Notes: generated from the letters alone by a model not told the origin. A stretch of DNA of 64,000 nucleotides from an uncultured Verrucomicrobiota bacterium (GCA_964470065.1 CAYYAR010000004.1:26329-90328); one strand, 5' to 3'; counted from the stretch's first letter, positions 10,357-19,676 are shown. Program-made: numbers and translations.

Positions 10357-10466
10357 AAGGCCTCGTGCATATCCAACGCATCCGGTAGTCCCAACGATCC
10401 GGAGAGGCCCGGCTTCCCGGGCCGGGAGCCTCGCCCTCCCGCACATAAATTCCGGGCCGCTCGAAT

Positions 10467-13400
10467 CTACGGCAATTTGACGCCGGTGCGGTAGTAGCGC
10501 AAATCGGCGCTGTTGGTGATGCTGAAGCTCAGACTGCCACCGTTACCCGGAACATCGTTCCCGATCGCGTTGGTCCAGTCGAGCTCGCCCCCGAGTTGAT
10601 GCACCCAGAAGACATTATAAAGACGGGCGGTAGAGCTTGGATTAATCAAAATAGTGGCCGTGTTGTTCGTGATTTGATTCAAAGCCGCGCGATTAAAGCC
10701 GGCCGGAAGATTGGTCGGATTCACATCAAAGATAAAGGCCTGGCCGTAGGTGATTTCACCTCCCGGCACGAGCGAGCCAGCCTCGTTGGTCGGGCTCACG
10801 CCGGGGTACTTGTTGAACCAGTCATCGGGTATGCCATCGCTGTTGCTGTCGGAGACGGCACTGGAATTACGGGTGACGGTGATGTTGGTGGAGGTGGTCT
10901 GAGTGCCCGTGGTCGTGATGATGTGCGACATTTCACCGATATAGACGTTGCGCGCGGTGTCGGGGCCGGCGTTGTTGTTGTAAAACTCCAGCCAGGTGAT
11001 GGGTCCGCCGGCGCCCAGCGTGCCGATGATTGTCCCTGAGCCGGTGCTCAATGAATATGCGTTATTTGTGCCGAGGGTCAGATTCAGATTTAGTCCGCTG
11101 TCGGTATGTGCGATAGTCGTTACTCGGCCTGTAGGTATATCGGTAATACGATAAAATAATTCGCTGCCAACGAAATAGAATCTGAAACGAACAGAGCCAT
11201 TGCTGTCTCGCATTTCAAAGCCTACTTGTCCGCCATTATCAATCGTATTGTTATCGAAGCGCACGGCGAAGCTGTCACCGGTGCTCATGGGGGTGACGAA
11301 CGAACGCGTCACCGCCGCGCGGCCACCGTTGTTGGCCCACAAGCCGAATCCCTTGGTGGCGCCGACATGCATGTTGGCGGGTGCATCGGCCAGAAACTGG
11401 CCGGCATTGCTGGCGCTGTGATTCATATACCACTCGTTAAATCCGGCGCCTTGTTTTGAACCATTGGTCCATGCGGTGTACAGCATGGCGGAGTCGGAGT
11501 TGGTGATGGCGCCGGCCACATTCGCGATGCCGGTGAAATCAACCTGATTGGTGCCATTATCCAGGTTCAGGTTGGCGTTCCACGCCCAACCATCGATCGA
11601 GGCGTCCAGGGGCCGGTTCAGTATGCCGGTTTGACCCGTCATGCGATTGGACCAGATTACGCTGGAGAAGTTATAGGCGGCGCGACCGCTGAAGGAGGCG
11701 AGGCTGTTGGTGGTGGAGGTGCCGCTTGAAGGGTTGAGCACTTGAATCGTGCCGCTGCTGATCGCGGCAAACGGGGTGGTTACGCTGACTGCGACGGAAG
11801 TAGCCGACAGGCCAATCGCGTTGGTGGCGCGCAGGTGATAGAGGTATGTGGTTTCCGGCTGCAGGTTGTTGTCGGTGTAACTCGTGCTTTGCGGCGAGGC
11901 AATCAGGGCGCCGTCACGATATACCTGGTATGCGGTGGCGAGCGAGGCGGCGTTCCAAATCAATGAGACCGATGAGCTGTCGAGATCTTGCACGCTCAGT
12001 CCGGTCGGCGCGGCGGGAGCATTGGTCACGGGCAAATTGGTTACGTCAATATTCCAGTTGCCGCCGCCGTTGTTGTCCCACACGTTCGCATTGTTGTTGA
12101 ACACGTAGCGGACAATGGTGGCGTTGGAGGGCACGGTGTAGGTGTAGGTCCAGATGCTGCCGGATTTGGTCATCGGCACGCCCGGTACGGGCGTCCAGTT
12201 GGCGGTGACGTTCTCGTTGTAACCATAATGAATGTTCATCGTGGTGGCGGAGGCGAGCGCGCGGCCGGCCGGATTATAGTTCACCGTCACGGATTGACCG
12301 GCCACCGGCGTGAATGGAACCGTCCATACCGGGCCGGAGGGCGCGTCGCAGTCGATGATGGTGGTGGTCCAGTTTTGTCCGCTCCGGCTGTCGATGTTCG
12401 TGCCGCTTTGGAACCAAACGATGGCGGATGGCGCATTGTCGGGCGCCGAGATGGTGTAGCTCCAGACATTCGGGGATGTGTTGGTCATGGCATATGGCGA
12501 CCAGGCGGAGCCATTGTTGAAGCTGATTTGCATGGTCACCGGGCTTAAACCCTCCAGTGGGCCATTGGCCGCCGAATAGGTGACCGTGATGGGCTCGCAG
12601 TCGCGGGGACTGGGAGAGAAGGTGACACTCGATGACGGGGTAAGGCCGTCGTTGGCAACCCAGACGTGTTGAATTTCGGATTTATGCACATTGCCGAGGC
12701 TGTCCGTGGCTTCGATATAATAGTCGATCAACTTGTCGCGGAAGTTCGGCAGCGAGGCGTCATCGATTTTTGCAAAATAGTAATCGGCGATTACCGGGTT
12801 GGCCCAGAAGGCGGGATCGAATACGAAATAGTCGATCTGGCCGTTGGCCGCCGCGGTATTGAGGGCGGTACGGGTTTTCGGCAACACGCGCTTGGTCATG
12901 TTGATGCTGACCCAGGCCCCGACTTCACTTCCGCCGGCATAGGTCTCGTTCTGATTGGAGTTGAGCGGATTGGTGCCGTCGTTGTCGATGCGGACTTTGA
13001 CTTGAATATTGGTGATGCCGTTGATGTCGTAGGCATGCGTCCAGATGTAGAACCACGAGGGCATCTTTTTGAGGAAGTTGTTATTGTTAATGTGGGGTTC
13101 GTTGTTGAACCAGCCGAACGTGTACCAGCCGGGATTGTAGGGGAACCGCTGCGGCTTCAATACGGTGGGCCCGACTTTGTCTTTGGCCTTGCGGGCCGGG
13201 GTCATGAAGCCTTGGAGTTTTTCGATCGCGTTTTTGGTGGCGAGCGCGGGTTTGACTTCGTCGTCATTGCCGAGACCGCCGTAGTAATTGAAACCGGAAT
13301 CGAGGCCTTTCAGGTAGATGTGCCAGGCGAGCTCGACATCGTTGGGATTGGTCCAGGTTCCGTCCCAGTCATACGGCGAGGCGATCTTCCATTCGTTCAC

Positions 13401-14876
13401 CATGTCGTTGCCGCCATTCTCCTCGCGCAGCACCTGCTCGGCGGTTTCCAGCCAGTTCGCGCCAGCCATGAGCGGAGCGTAGCTGAAGAATTTTAGCGCG
13501 AAGCCCGGCGTTTCCATGTCGACTTGCGTGCCGGGATGCGTGGTGATGCCGCGGTTCGCCACGGTGGCGACCGGCGGTTCGATCCACTTGAGGAAGTTCG
13601 GTGAGCCATAACACATTTCCGGGAAGATCCACGCGCCGTCCTCGATGTGTGAGTCGGTGGTGACGCCGGCCTTGGCGGCATTCACGAAATCCTGTGGCGC
13701 CGAGGGAGTATAACCGGCGCTTGCGGAGGAGCCGAACAATTGAGGTGTGGCCTCGTTCCATGAACTACTGCCGCCGCCCCAGGCGTTGTCGCCGTCGGTG
13801 GAGGGAATCACGATGACCGGCACATTGGCGTGCGGGGCAATATGGTCGCCGATTTTCTGGATGCCCTCGTTGGCATACCCGTAGCGGTAGGACAGCACAT
13901 CATCCGAGGGAACCGCATACATCTTTTTCTCTGCGCCGGTTTCCGGATTAACATATTTCACGCGGTGCAGTTGATAAGCGAACGGGGCAATGTTCCACGC
14001 GGCGTTGCCGGGGTTCGGCATGCCGTACCACCACTGATTTATATTGTCGAATCGCGGCGAGATTTGATCGGCCTTGTTGGGCGGGCTGGAATAGATGCCG
14101 AAGCTGCCCTCGGGATTGGCGCGATCGTTGTAGCTCGGACTGGTGCGGCTGATGTGATGACTGGCGACCAGGGTCCACTCATAACCTTCATCCACCAGCA
14201 CATCGACAAGGTGACGCGAGTAGCCCATCTCGGTCGGGAAGAAACCTTTGGAGTGATCGGACAGGTCGCTGTTGCCGCCCCATGCCTTCCACCAGGCTTG
14301 TTTGAATGCCTGGATCTCTTTGCGGAAAACCGATTTGGGAAGCAGCGGGCCGAGCGAGTGATGGTAGGTAAAGCCAAGCATGTCCATGCGGGTGGAGCCG
14401 GCGGGCGTTGTCCAGCCGCGGGCTTCGCGGTAGCCGGCATTCCAGTTGCCGCCGTACCCGAGATGACCGCCACCGCCGAGTTGGCGGACATTATCGATCA
14501 GTGAGCCGGAATAACTGACACCGAAACCGCCCCGGCTGTCAACGCTGGCCAGGGAGTTGCGCGGACCCTGTTGGTACGCGCTCTTGCGGTCATCGAGGCC
14601 AAAGATGTCGGTAAGATTGTTTTCCGGATGCTGGGAAGGACTGATCCCGCCATAGTTTTGACCGGGCTTGAGAACAATGGAGTCCCACGCGTACTGTCCG
14701 CGCTGGTTTTGCGGTCCGTTGCTGTTCCACTCCGGCCAGTAGAGCGGTTGGTGGTTATGCCAGAATCGGGAGACATACACGTTGTTGTTCGCCGGGGACT
14801 GAGCGTTAGCTTCAGCGCTCAACAGTAAAACCAGCAAACCGCTTCCAACTCGCAACGCCATCGAACTCGACTTCAT
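10467..14876 (-). CDS. Large secreted multidomain glycoside hydrolase, GH57-like catalytic N-terminus with an FN3 domain
   Basis: 1469 aa with a signal peptide (MKSSSMALRVGSGLLVLLLSAEANA). N-terminal blocks resemble GH57 conserved regions: FWHNHQP (region I), GFFPTEMGY (Glu nucleophile region), STDGDNAWGG (HDDGEKFG-like acid/base region). A clear fibronectin type III domain (PAAPTGLSVQDLDSSSVSLIWNA...YQVYRDG...TTYLYHLRATN). Asn/Thr/Ser/Gly-rich beta-rich C-terminal domains. Confidence 0.7.
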   Translation of the reverse strand: MKSSSMALRVGSGLLVLLLSAEANAQSPANNNVYVSRFWHNHQPLYWPEWNSNGPQNQRGQYAWDSIVLKPGQNYGGISPSQHPENNLTDIFGLDDRKSAYQQGPRNSLASVDSRGGFGVSYSGSLIDNVRQLGGGGHLGYGGNWNAGYREARGWTTPAGSTRMDMLGFTYHHSLGPLLPKSVFRKEIQAFKQAWWKAWGGNSDLSDHSKGFFPTEMGYSRHLVDVLVDEGYEWTLVASHHISRTSPSYNDRANPEGSFGIYSSPPNKADQISPRFDNINQWWYGMPNPGNAAWNIAPFAYQLHRVKYVNPETGAEKKMYAVPSDDVLSYRYGYANEGIQKIGDHIAPHANVPVIVIPSTDGDNAWGGGSSSWNEATPQLFGSSASAGYTPSAPQDFVNAAKAGVTTDSHIEDGAWIFPEMCYGSPNFLKWIEPPVATVANRGITTHPGTQVDMETPGFALKFFSYAPLMAGANWLETAEQVLREENGGNDMVNEWKIASPYDWDGTWTNPNDVELAWHIYLKGLDSGFNYYGGLGNDDEVKPALATKNAIEKLQGFMTPARKAKDKVGPTVLKPQRFPYNPGWYTFGWFNNEPHINNNNFLKKMPSWFYIWTHAYDINGITNIQVKVRIDNDGTNPLNSNQNETYAGGSEVGAWVSINMTKRVLPKTRTALNTAAANGQIDYFVFDPAFWANPVIADYYFAKIDDASLPNFRDKLIDYYIEATDSLGNVHKSEIQHVWVANDGLTPSSSVTFSPSPRDCEPITVTYSAANGPLEGLSPVTMQISFNNGSAWSPYAMTNTSPNVWSYTISAPDNAPSAIVWFQSGTNIDSRSGQNWTTTIIDCDAPSGPVWTVPFTPVAGQSVTVNYNPAGRALASATTMNIHYGYNENVTANWTPVPGVPMTKSGSIWTYTYTVPSNATIVRYVFNNNANVWDNNGGGNWNIDVTNLPVTNAPAAPTGLSVQDLDSSSVSLIWNAASLATAYQVYRDGALIASPQSTSYTDNNLQPETTYLYHLRATNAIGLSATSVAVSVTTPFAAISSGTIQVLNPSSGTSTTNSLASFSGRAAYNFSSVIWSNRMTGQTGILNRPLDASIDGWAWNANLNLDNGTNQVDFTGIANVAGAITNSDSAMLYTAWTNGSKQGAGFNEWYMNHSASNAGQFLADAPANMHVGATKGFGLWANNGGRAAVTRSFVTPMSTGDSFAVRFDNNTIDNGGQVGFEMRDSNGSVRFRFYFVGSELFYRITDIPTGRVTTIAHTDSGLNLNLTLGTNNAYSLSTGSGTIIGTLGAGGPITWLEFYNNNAGPDTARNVYIGEMSHIITTTGTQTTSTNITVTRNSSAVSDSNSDGIPDDWFNKYPGVSPTNEAGSLVPGGEITYGQAFIFDVNPTNLPAGFNRAALNQITNNTATILINPSSTARLYNVFWVHQLGGELDWTNAIGNDVPGNGGSLSFSITNSADLRYYRTGVKLP

Positions 14877-15045
14877 ATCGCACCTCTAGTTATGGCCAGA
14901 AATTGCCACGCGCAATCAGCCACTAGTCAAACGTTACACCGGACAGATCTTTTGTTAAGGAAGAAAGAGATAAAAGTTAGAAAAAGTTTCAGGAGCAACG
15001 ACGAGTGAAGTTGTAACGCGTTACGGGGTGGTTACTTGTGACGAC

Positions 15046-15933
15046 TTACAAGCCGAGAATCAGTGCGGTGGCCATTCCGTATAAACCGATGGTGACGAGG
15101 AGTGGCCGGTCGGTGAGCAGTACCTGCTCCGGTCGCTCTCCGAGTTGGTGGTGATACACCAGTGAGATGTAGCGGAAGAGCCCGAACATGACAAACGGCA
15201 GAGTAAATCCGAGTCGATGACTTCCAAATTTACTCACGGTGTCCGGCCACTGGGTGTACAGCGCATAGGCTACCAGCGTGGCTGCACCCGTCATGGCGAT
15301 CAGTTGATCGAGCATCTTTTCGTTGTAACCCATGAGCGACGGGCGAGTATCCGGGGCGCGGTCGTTGATGAGCAGGAGTTCCTGGCGTCGTTTGCACAAC
15401 GCCAGAAACATGGCGAGCAACAGGGTGACCAACAAGAGCCACGATGAGATCGGCACGGCAATGGTCACCGCACCGGCGAGCGCGCGCAGCACAAAGCCAA
15501 TGGAAATGACAAATAAATCAACCAGCGTGATGCGCTTGAGCACAAATACATAGGCCAATTGAAGAACAAGATAACCGCCAATGACATAGGCCAGTTTTGG
15601 AGCGACCAGCCAGGCCCCGCCGAGCGAAACACACAACAGCAGCCCCGCCGCCATCAACGCGGAGGAAACCGCGAGCTGACCCGAAGCGATGGGGCGAAAC
15701 TTTTTCTCCGGATGAGCGCGGTCAAGCTCCGCATCTTTGATGTCGTTGAGCAAATAAATCGCGCTGGAGGCGAGGCAGAAAAACAGCACGGCGGCAAGGG
15801 CCGGGAGGATGAGCGAAAAAATATCCAAATGCTGGGAGCGATCACCGGCCGCAAAAACCAACGCGGCAAGCACGACGACGTTTTTCGTCCACTGCTTGGG
15901 CCGCATGGCCTTTAACAACATGACGGGACTCAT
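15046..15933 (-). CDS. UbiA-family prenyltransferase, decaprenyl-phosphate phosphoribosyltransferase (DPPR synthase)-like
   Basis: Start MSPVMLLKAMRPKQWTKN (the RPxQWxKN N-terminus typical of the DPPR-synthase family). UbiA Asp-rich motif NDIKDAELDRAHPEKKFRPIASGQ. 8-9 TM. Its ATG overlaps the stop of the upstream GT2 gene (ATGA). Confidence 0.8.
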   Translation of the reverse strand: MSPVMLLKAMRPKQWTKNVVVLAALVFAAGDRSQHLDIFSLILPALAAVLFFCLASSAIYLLNDIKDAELDRAHPEKKFRPIASGQLAVSSALMAAGLLLCVSLGGAWLVAPKLAYVIGGYLVLQLAYVFVLKRITLVDLFVISIGFVLRALAGAVTIAVPISSWLLLVTLLLAMFLALCKRRQELLLINDRAPDTRPSLMGYNEKMLDQLIAMTGAATLVAYALYTQWPDTVSKFGSHRLGFTLPFVMFGLFRYISLVYHHQLGERPEQVLLTDRPLLVTIGLYGMATALILGL

Positions 15934-16727
15934 GACGCCGCCTTGCCGGCAGGCGCGCCCACACTGCGTGGATTCAGTTTGGCCGGACCGCGTCGCTTCA
16001 TCCCGCAACCGAGCCAGAGCTTCCACACCATCCACAAAGCCTCGCGGATGATCGCCGTGCTCATTTTCGAGGCGCCGGAGCGGCGCTCTTCGAATGTAAT
16101 GGGCACCTCATCGATGATAAATCCCTTCATCCAGGCCTTGTGGCTGAGTTCGATCTGAAAGGAGTAGCCGTTGGAAGTGATCTTGTCCAAATCGATCGAT
16201 TCCAGCACGGCCCGCCGGAAGCACTTGAAGCCGCCGGTGGGATCGCTGACCGGCAGGCCGGTAATCATATGCACGTAAATGGCCGCGCCTTTGCTCAGGA
16301 TCAAGCGCGCCAGCGGCCAGTTAATAACGCGAATGCCACCCTTGTAACGTGTGCCGAGGCATAAATCGGCATTGCGCGCCGCTTCGCGAAAATCGGGTAA
16401 GGCATCCGGATCGTGGGAAAAGTCGGCATCCATTTCGAAGATGAATTCATAATGGCGGGCCAACGCCCAGGTGAATCCGGCGATGTAAGCCCGTCCGAGG
16501 CCGTTCTTTTCCTTGCGATGCAGGACATGGATCCGGGGTTCGCGTTCCCGCATGCGGTCGATCAGTTGGCCGGTTCCGTCGGGCGAGTTGTCGTCGACAA
16601 ACAGCACGTCGGCATGGGGCAAAGCCGCCAACACGGCGTCAGCTATGGGCTGGACGTTGTCGATTTCGTTATAGGTCGGTATGACTACCAGGGTGTCGTT
16701 CATGTTCGCTTTTATCGGACCAGCCAT
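15930..16727 (-). CDS. GT2 polyprenol-phosphate glycosyltransferase (Dpm1/ArnC/GtrB-like)
   Basis: VVIPTYNE...LFVDDNSPDGT...EMDADFSHDP...GGFKCFRR is a classic polyprenol-P sugar synthase GT2 pattern. The long ORF (to 17219) is trimmed to MAGPIK (16727) because the upstream part overlaps def on the other strand. MNDTLVV (16703) is an alternative start. Confidence 0.85.
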   Translation of the reverse strand: MAGPIKANMNDTLVVIPTYNEIDNVQPIADAVLAALPHADVLFVDDNSPDGTGQLIDRMREREPRIHVLHRKEKNGLGRAYIAGFTWALARHYEFIFEMDADFSHDPDALPDFREAARNADLCLGTRYKGGIRVINWPLARLILSKGAAIYVHMITGLPVSDPTGGFKCFRRAVLESIDLDKITSNGYSFQIELSHKAWMKGFIIDEVPITFEERRSGASKMSTAIIREALWMVWKLWLGCGMKRRGPAKLNPRSVGAPAGKAAS

Positions 16728-16769
16728 CCGTGTATAGTGTTCACAGTATAGGAGGCGAGCGCTGCGATT

Positions 16770-17315
16770 GTGAATCATGAAATTAGAATATTCGGCGACC
16801 CGGTGCTTCGGGCCAAAGCCGAGCCGGTGGCCCATGTCGACGACGAATTGCGGGCCCTCGGCCGGGAAATGCTCGAGATCATGCGCAAGTCGGACGGGGT
16901 GGGCCTGGCGGCTCAGCAAATCGGCGAGACCAGGGCGATTTGCGTGATCGAGGTGCCGGAGGAATACGACCATGACGATGACGGGCAGCGATTGAATCCC
17001 GGTTTGCCGATGCCGATGATTCTGATCAACCCCGTGCTCAGTCAGCCTTCCAAAAAAGAGGATTCCCGCGAGGAGGGCTGTTTGAGTTTTCCCGGAATTC
17101 GCGGCGCGATCAGTCGCCCGCGGAGCATCCTGCTCACGTGCCTGAATGAGCATGGCGAGAAAATTGAAACGGAAGTCCGGGGGTTCACTGCCCGGGTGAT
17201 TCAGCATGAGGTTGACCATCTCAACGGTGTGCTGTTTATCGACCGCATGACGGCGGCCAAACGTCTGATGCTGAAGCCCAAGTTGAAGCGCATGCGCGAA
17301 GAGGAACCGTCCTGA
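16770..17315 (+). CDS. def: Peptide deformylase
   Basis: Motifs GVGLAAQQIG, EGCLSFPG, HEVDHLNG. Confidence 0.9.
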   Translation: MNHEIRIFGDPVLRAKAEPVAHVDDELRALGREMLEIMRKSDGVGLAAQQIGETRAICVIEVPEEYDHDDDGQRLNPGLPMPMILINPVLSQPSKKEDSREEGCLSFPGIRGAISRPRSILLTCLNEHGEKIETEVRGFTARVIQHEVDHLNGVLFIDRMTAAKRLMLKPKLKRMREEEPS

Positions 17316-17328
17316 TGCCCGGCCGGGG

Positions 17329-18300
17329 ATGCAGTCGACGATGATGGCCGCGCCGGATCAGGAGGCGATTGATCGTTTTGCCCGGTGGCTGCCCGGCCTG
17401 GGTGAGGTGACCGCGTTTGATTTTTGCCGCGGCGGCGAGGGCGTGCGGTTTCCAAGAGTGGATCAGCCGGGGGCGCTCGCATCGTTCTTTTTCGGCGCGG
17501 CGCATCAGTTTGGTTTTTGGTATCTCGAAGGTGAGCGGTATGCCCGGCCAATGATTGCCCCGGCCGGTGGCGTGCCGCGCAAGGGCTCCGATTTTGTCGC
17601 CTTCTGTGTGCAGCGGGCGCTGAACCGCGATGCGGATTTTTTTCAACCAGCTCATCTTGCCGCGCTTGATGACCGTGCCTGCGCGGAAATTTTTCATGAC
17701 GATCATGGTGTGAATCCGTTGCCGATGTGGCCGGATCATCTCGCCATCATCCGCGCTTACGCGCAATGGTTTCTCACCCATCGCACCAGCCCGGAGGAGG
17801 TGCTGGAGGTCGCGAACAGCAATCTCAAGCCGCTGCGTGCCCTGCTTGCCCAATTGCATATCATTCCCGGGTATGCCGGCGATCCGCTGCAAAAAAAGTC
17901 CATGTTGCTCGCGACGATGCTGGAGAACCGGCCGGAAAAATTCCTGCGCGTGACCGATCCTGCATCGGCCACGCCTATTGTCGATTATCACATTCAACGA
18001 ACGGCGTTGCGCACCGGCCTGGTGCATGTTGCCGATGATGCTTTGCGAAGCAAGCTGGAGACGCGGATGCTTCTGGCGGCGGGCGAGGAGGAAGTGGTGC
18101 GACAAGCCACCTACGAGGCGGTGGGCCGGTTGATCGCGGCCTCGGGCTTGCCGGCGGCGGCGATCGATTACTTCTTTTTCACTAATCGCACGCGCTGCCC
18201 GGAGATGACCGAGCCGGAGTGCGCGGCATGTCCGGTGCAGGAAATCTGTGCACGGCGGACCCGGTTGTTCCAGCCGGTATTTCGCACGACCGCCTATTAG
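17329..18300 (+). CDS. Hypothetical protein with a C-terminal C-x7-C-x2-C-x5-C cluster (Endo III/MutY-like [4Fe-4S] loop)
   Basis: 323 aa and coding-like. The C-terminus CPEMTEPECAACPVQEIC matches the spacing of the FeS-cluster loop of HhH-GPD glycosylases, except the first spacer is 7 rather than 6 residues. No HhH motif recognised by eye. Confidence 0.55.
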   Translation: MQSTMMAAPDQEAIDRFARWLPGLGEVTAFDFCRGGEGVRFPRVDQPGALASFFFGAAHQFGFWYLEGERYARPMIAPAGGVPRKGSDFVAFCVQRALNRDADFFQPAHLAALDDRACAEIFHDDHGVNPLPMWPDHLAIIRAYAQWFLTHRTSPEEVLEVANSNLKPLRALLAQLHIIPGYAGDPLQKKSMLLATMLENRPEKFLRVTDPASATPIVDYHIQRTALRTGLVHVADDALRSKLETRMLLAAGEEEVVRQATYEAVGRLIAASGLPAAAIDYFFFTNRTRCPEMTEPECAACPVQEICARRTRLFQPVFRTTAY

Positions 18301-18320
18301 AAAACCTTCTCGCTGGTGAA

Positions 18321-19172
18321 CTATTCAGCCGCCGGTTCGGGAGCCGAAGGCGGCGCCTCTTCGCTCTGTTCGATGGTCCCGGGCGGAATTTCGGCTTCGT
18401 CCGGAGCCGCCTCGATGCTGATGACGGGTTCTTCCGGTGCGGGAGTTTCTTGGGGGGGAGGCGCTTCGACCAAGGTGGCCGACATGGCGGTGAGCCGGTC
18501 GATGGTTTGCTGGATCAACGCTTTTTGCTCTTCCTTGGATCGTTTGGCCGCTTCGGCGATGGCCTCGCGCTCGGCGGCGAGCGCCAATTCCTTCCCGGTG
18601 ATTTCCCGGGTTTTTTCCTCCAGCACATGGCGCACCTCGCCGCGCACCTGATCGCGCTCTTCACGCACCGCACCGAGTTGTTCATCTACCTTCTTCAGTA
18701 GTCCGGCTTGTGACTCGCGCGAGGAAAGGATTTCGGCTTCCAGCCCGGCCAAGCCTTCGGCCTGGCGTCTGGTTTCGGCGGCGATGGTTTGATTGGCGTC
18801 GCTCACGCTTTTTTCCACCATCAGCAGCGTGTTCGCGGCGATATCGGTCTTCCGGCCCGCATCGTGCACTATGTAGCCCAATCCAATGACAAGCACCAGG
18901 GCGAACGAGCTGGTCAGGATCACGTAACGACTAAGTATGCCCTGGCGTTTAATCGCTTTTTGCATCTGCGCGATGGCCCGTTCCTGGCGCTCCGCTTCGC
19001 GCTGACGGATTTCGGTAAGCTTGCGCAACTGGATCAAGGCATCGTTGAGCATCTCGGCGGAGACTTCCACCCGGGCGGCCTCGGGCTTGATGATCTCGGC
19101 TTCGGGAGCATGGGTATCATTGTTTGCATCGTTCACGGTATGTTCTCCCACGGGGTTTATGTTCTCGGTCAA
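18321..19172 (-). CDS. Hypothetical coiled-coil membrane protein with an acidic Pro/Glu-rich C-terminal tail
   Basis: 283 aa. One TM (YVILTSSFALVLVIGLGYIV), long heptad-like charged stretches, and a tail PPPQETPAPEEPV...EAPPSAPEPAAE. Confidence 0.5.
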   Translation of the reverse strand: MTENINPVGEHTVNDANNDTHAPEAEIIKPEAARVEVSAEMLNDALIQLRKLTEIRQREAERQERAIAQMQKAIKRQGILSRYVILTSSFALVLVIGLGYIVHDAGRKTDIAANTLLMVEKSVSDANQTIAAETRRQAEGLAGLEAEILSSRESQAGLLKKVDEQLGAVREERDQVRGEVRHVLEEKTREITGKELALAAEREAIAEAAKRSKEEQKALIQQTIDRLTAMSATLVEAPPPQETPAPEEPVISIEAAPDEAEIPPGTIEQSEEAPPSAPEPAAE

Positions 19173-19262
19173 TTTTAGGAGCGGGGCGGGACGGGAACAA
19201 GGTGAAAGTCGAGCGTGAGAATCACGCCGGCGAAATGTACAGTTGTTGCTGCCGGCGCCGCA

Positions 19263-19676
19263 TCAGTTGATCGCGATCAAGCCATGCTTGATGGAGATTT
19301 GCCGCCCGGCATGATCGAAGGTGCGCACCCGGACGTTCAGCCGGGAGGGAGCCTCGCATCGGTAGAAGAGGTCATAAAAGTCGCCGCACTCCAAGAGGGT
19401 GGACTCCCCGTCCATCGCGCGCCAGGTGAAGTCGAGGTCGCGACCGAGCTCATCCAATTGCACCAGAATGTCCATCGCAAACAAATCCTCCGCCGCCGGA
19501 TCCATCATCAGCGGTTCGATGGCGAAGGGAATGTGTTGTTCGAGAAGCGCCCGGATGTCGTCATCCAGCGGCGGCCCGGCCGGGACGGCGAATCGCTGAA
19601 GGCGCGCACCCCCGGCCATGATGCCGGCGAACAGCAGGGCCAGGCCGGTCACAATAAATTTGCTCTTAATACTCAT
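19263..19676 (-). CDS. Hypothetical small secreted protein or lipoprotein
   Basis: Start MSIKSKFIVTGLALLFAGIMAGG (signal peptide); ~137 aa, no recognisable domain. Confidence 0.4.
   Translation of the reverse strand: MSIKSKFIVTGLALLFAGIMAGGARLQRFAVPAGPPLDDDIRALLEQHIPFAIEPLMMDPAAEDLFAMDILVQLDELGRDLDFTWRAMDGESTLLECGDFYDLFYRCEAPSRLNVRVRTFDHAGRQISIKHGLIAIN

Noticed and set aside
16728-17219. N-terminal 165-aa extension of the GT2 ORF (15930..17219).
   Set aside because: It overlaps def on the opposite strand and has no GT2 features. The glycosyltransferase fold starts at MAGPIK/MNDTLVVIPTYNE.
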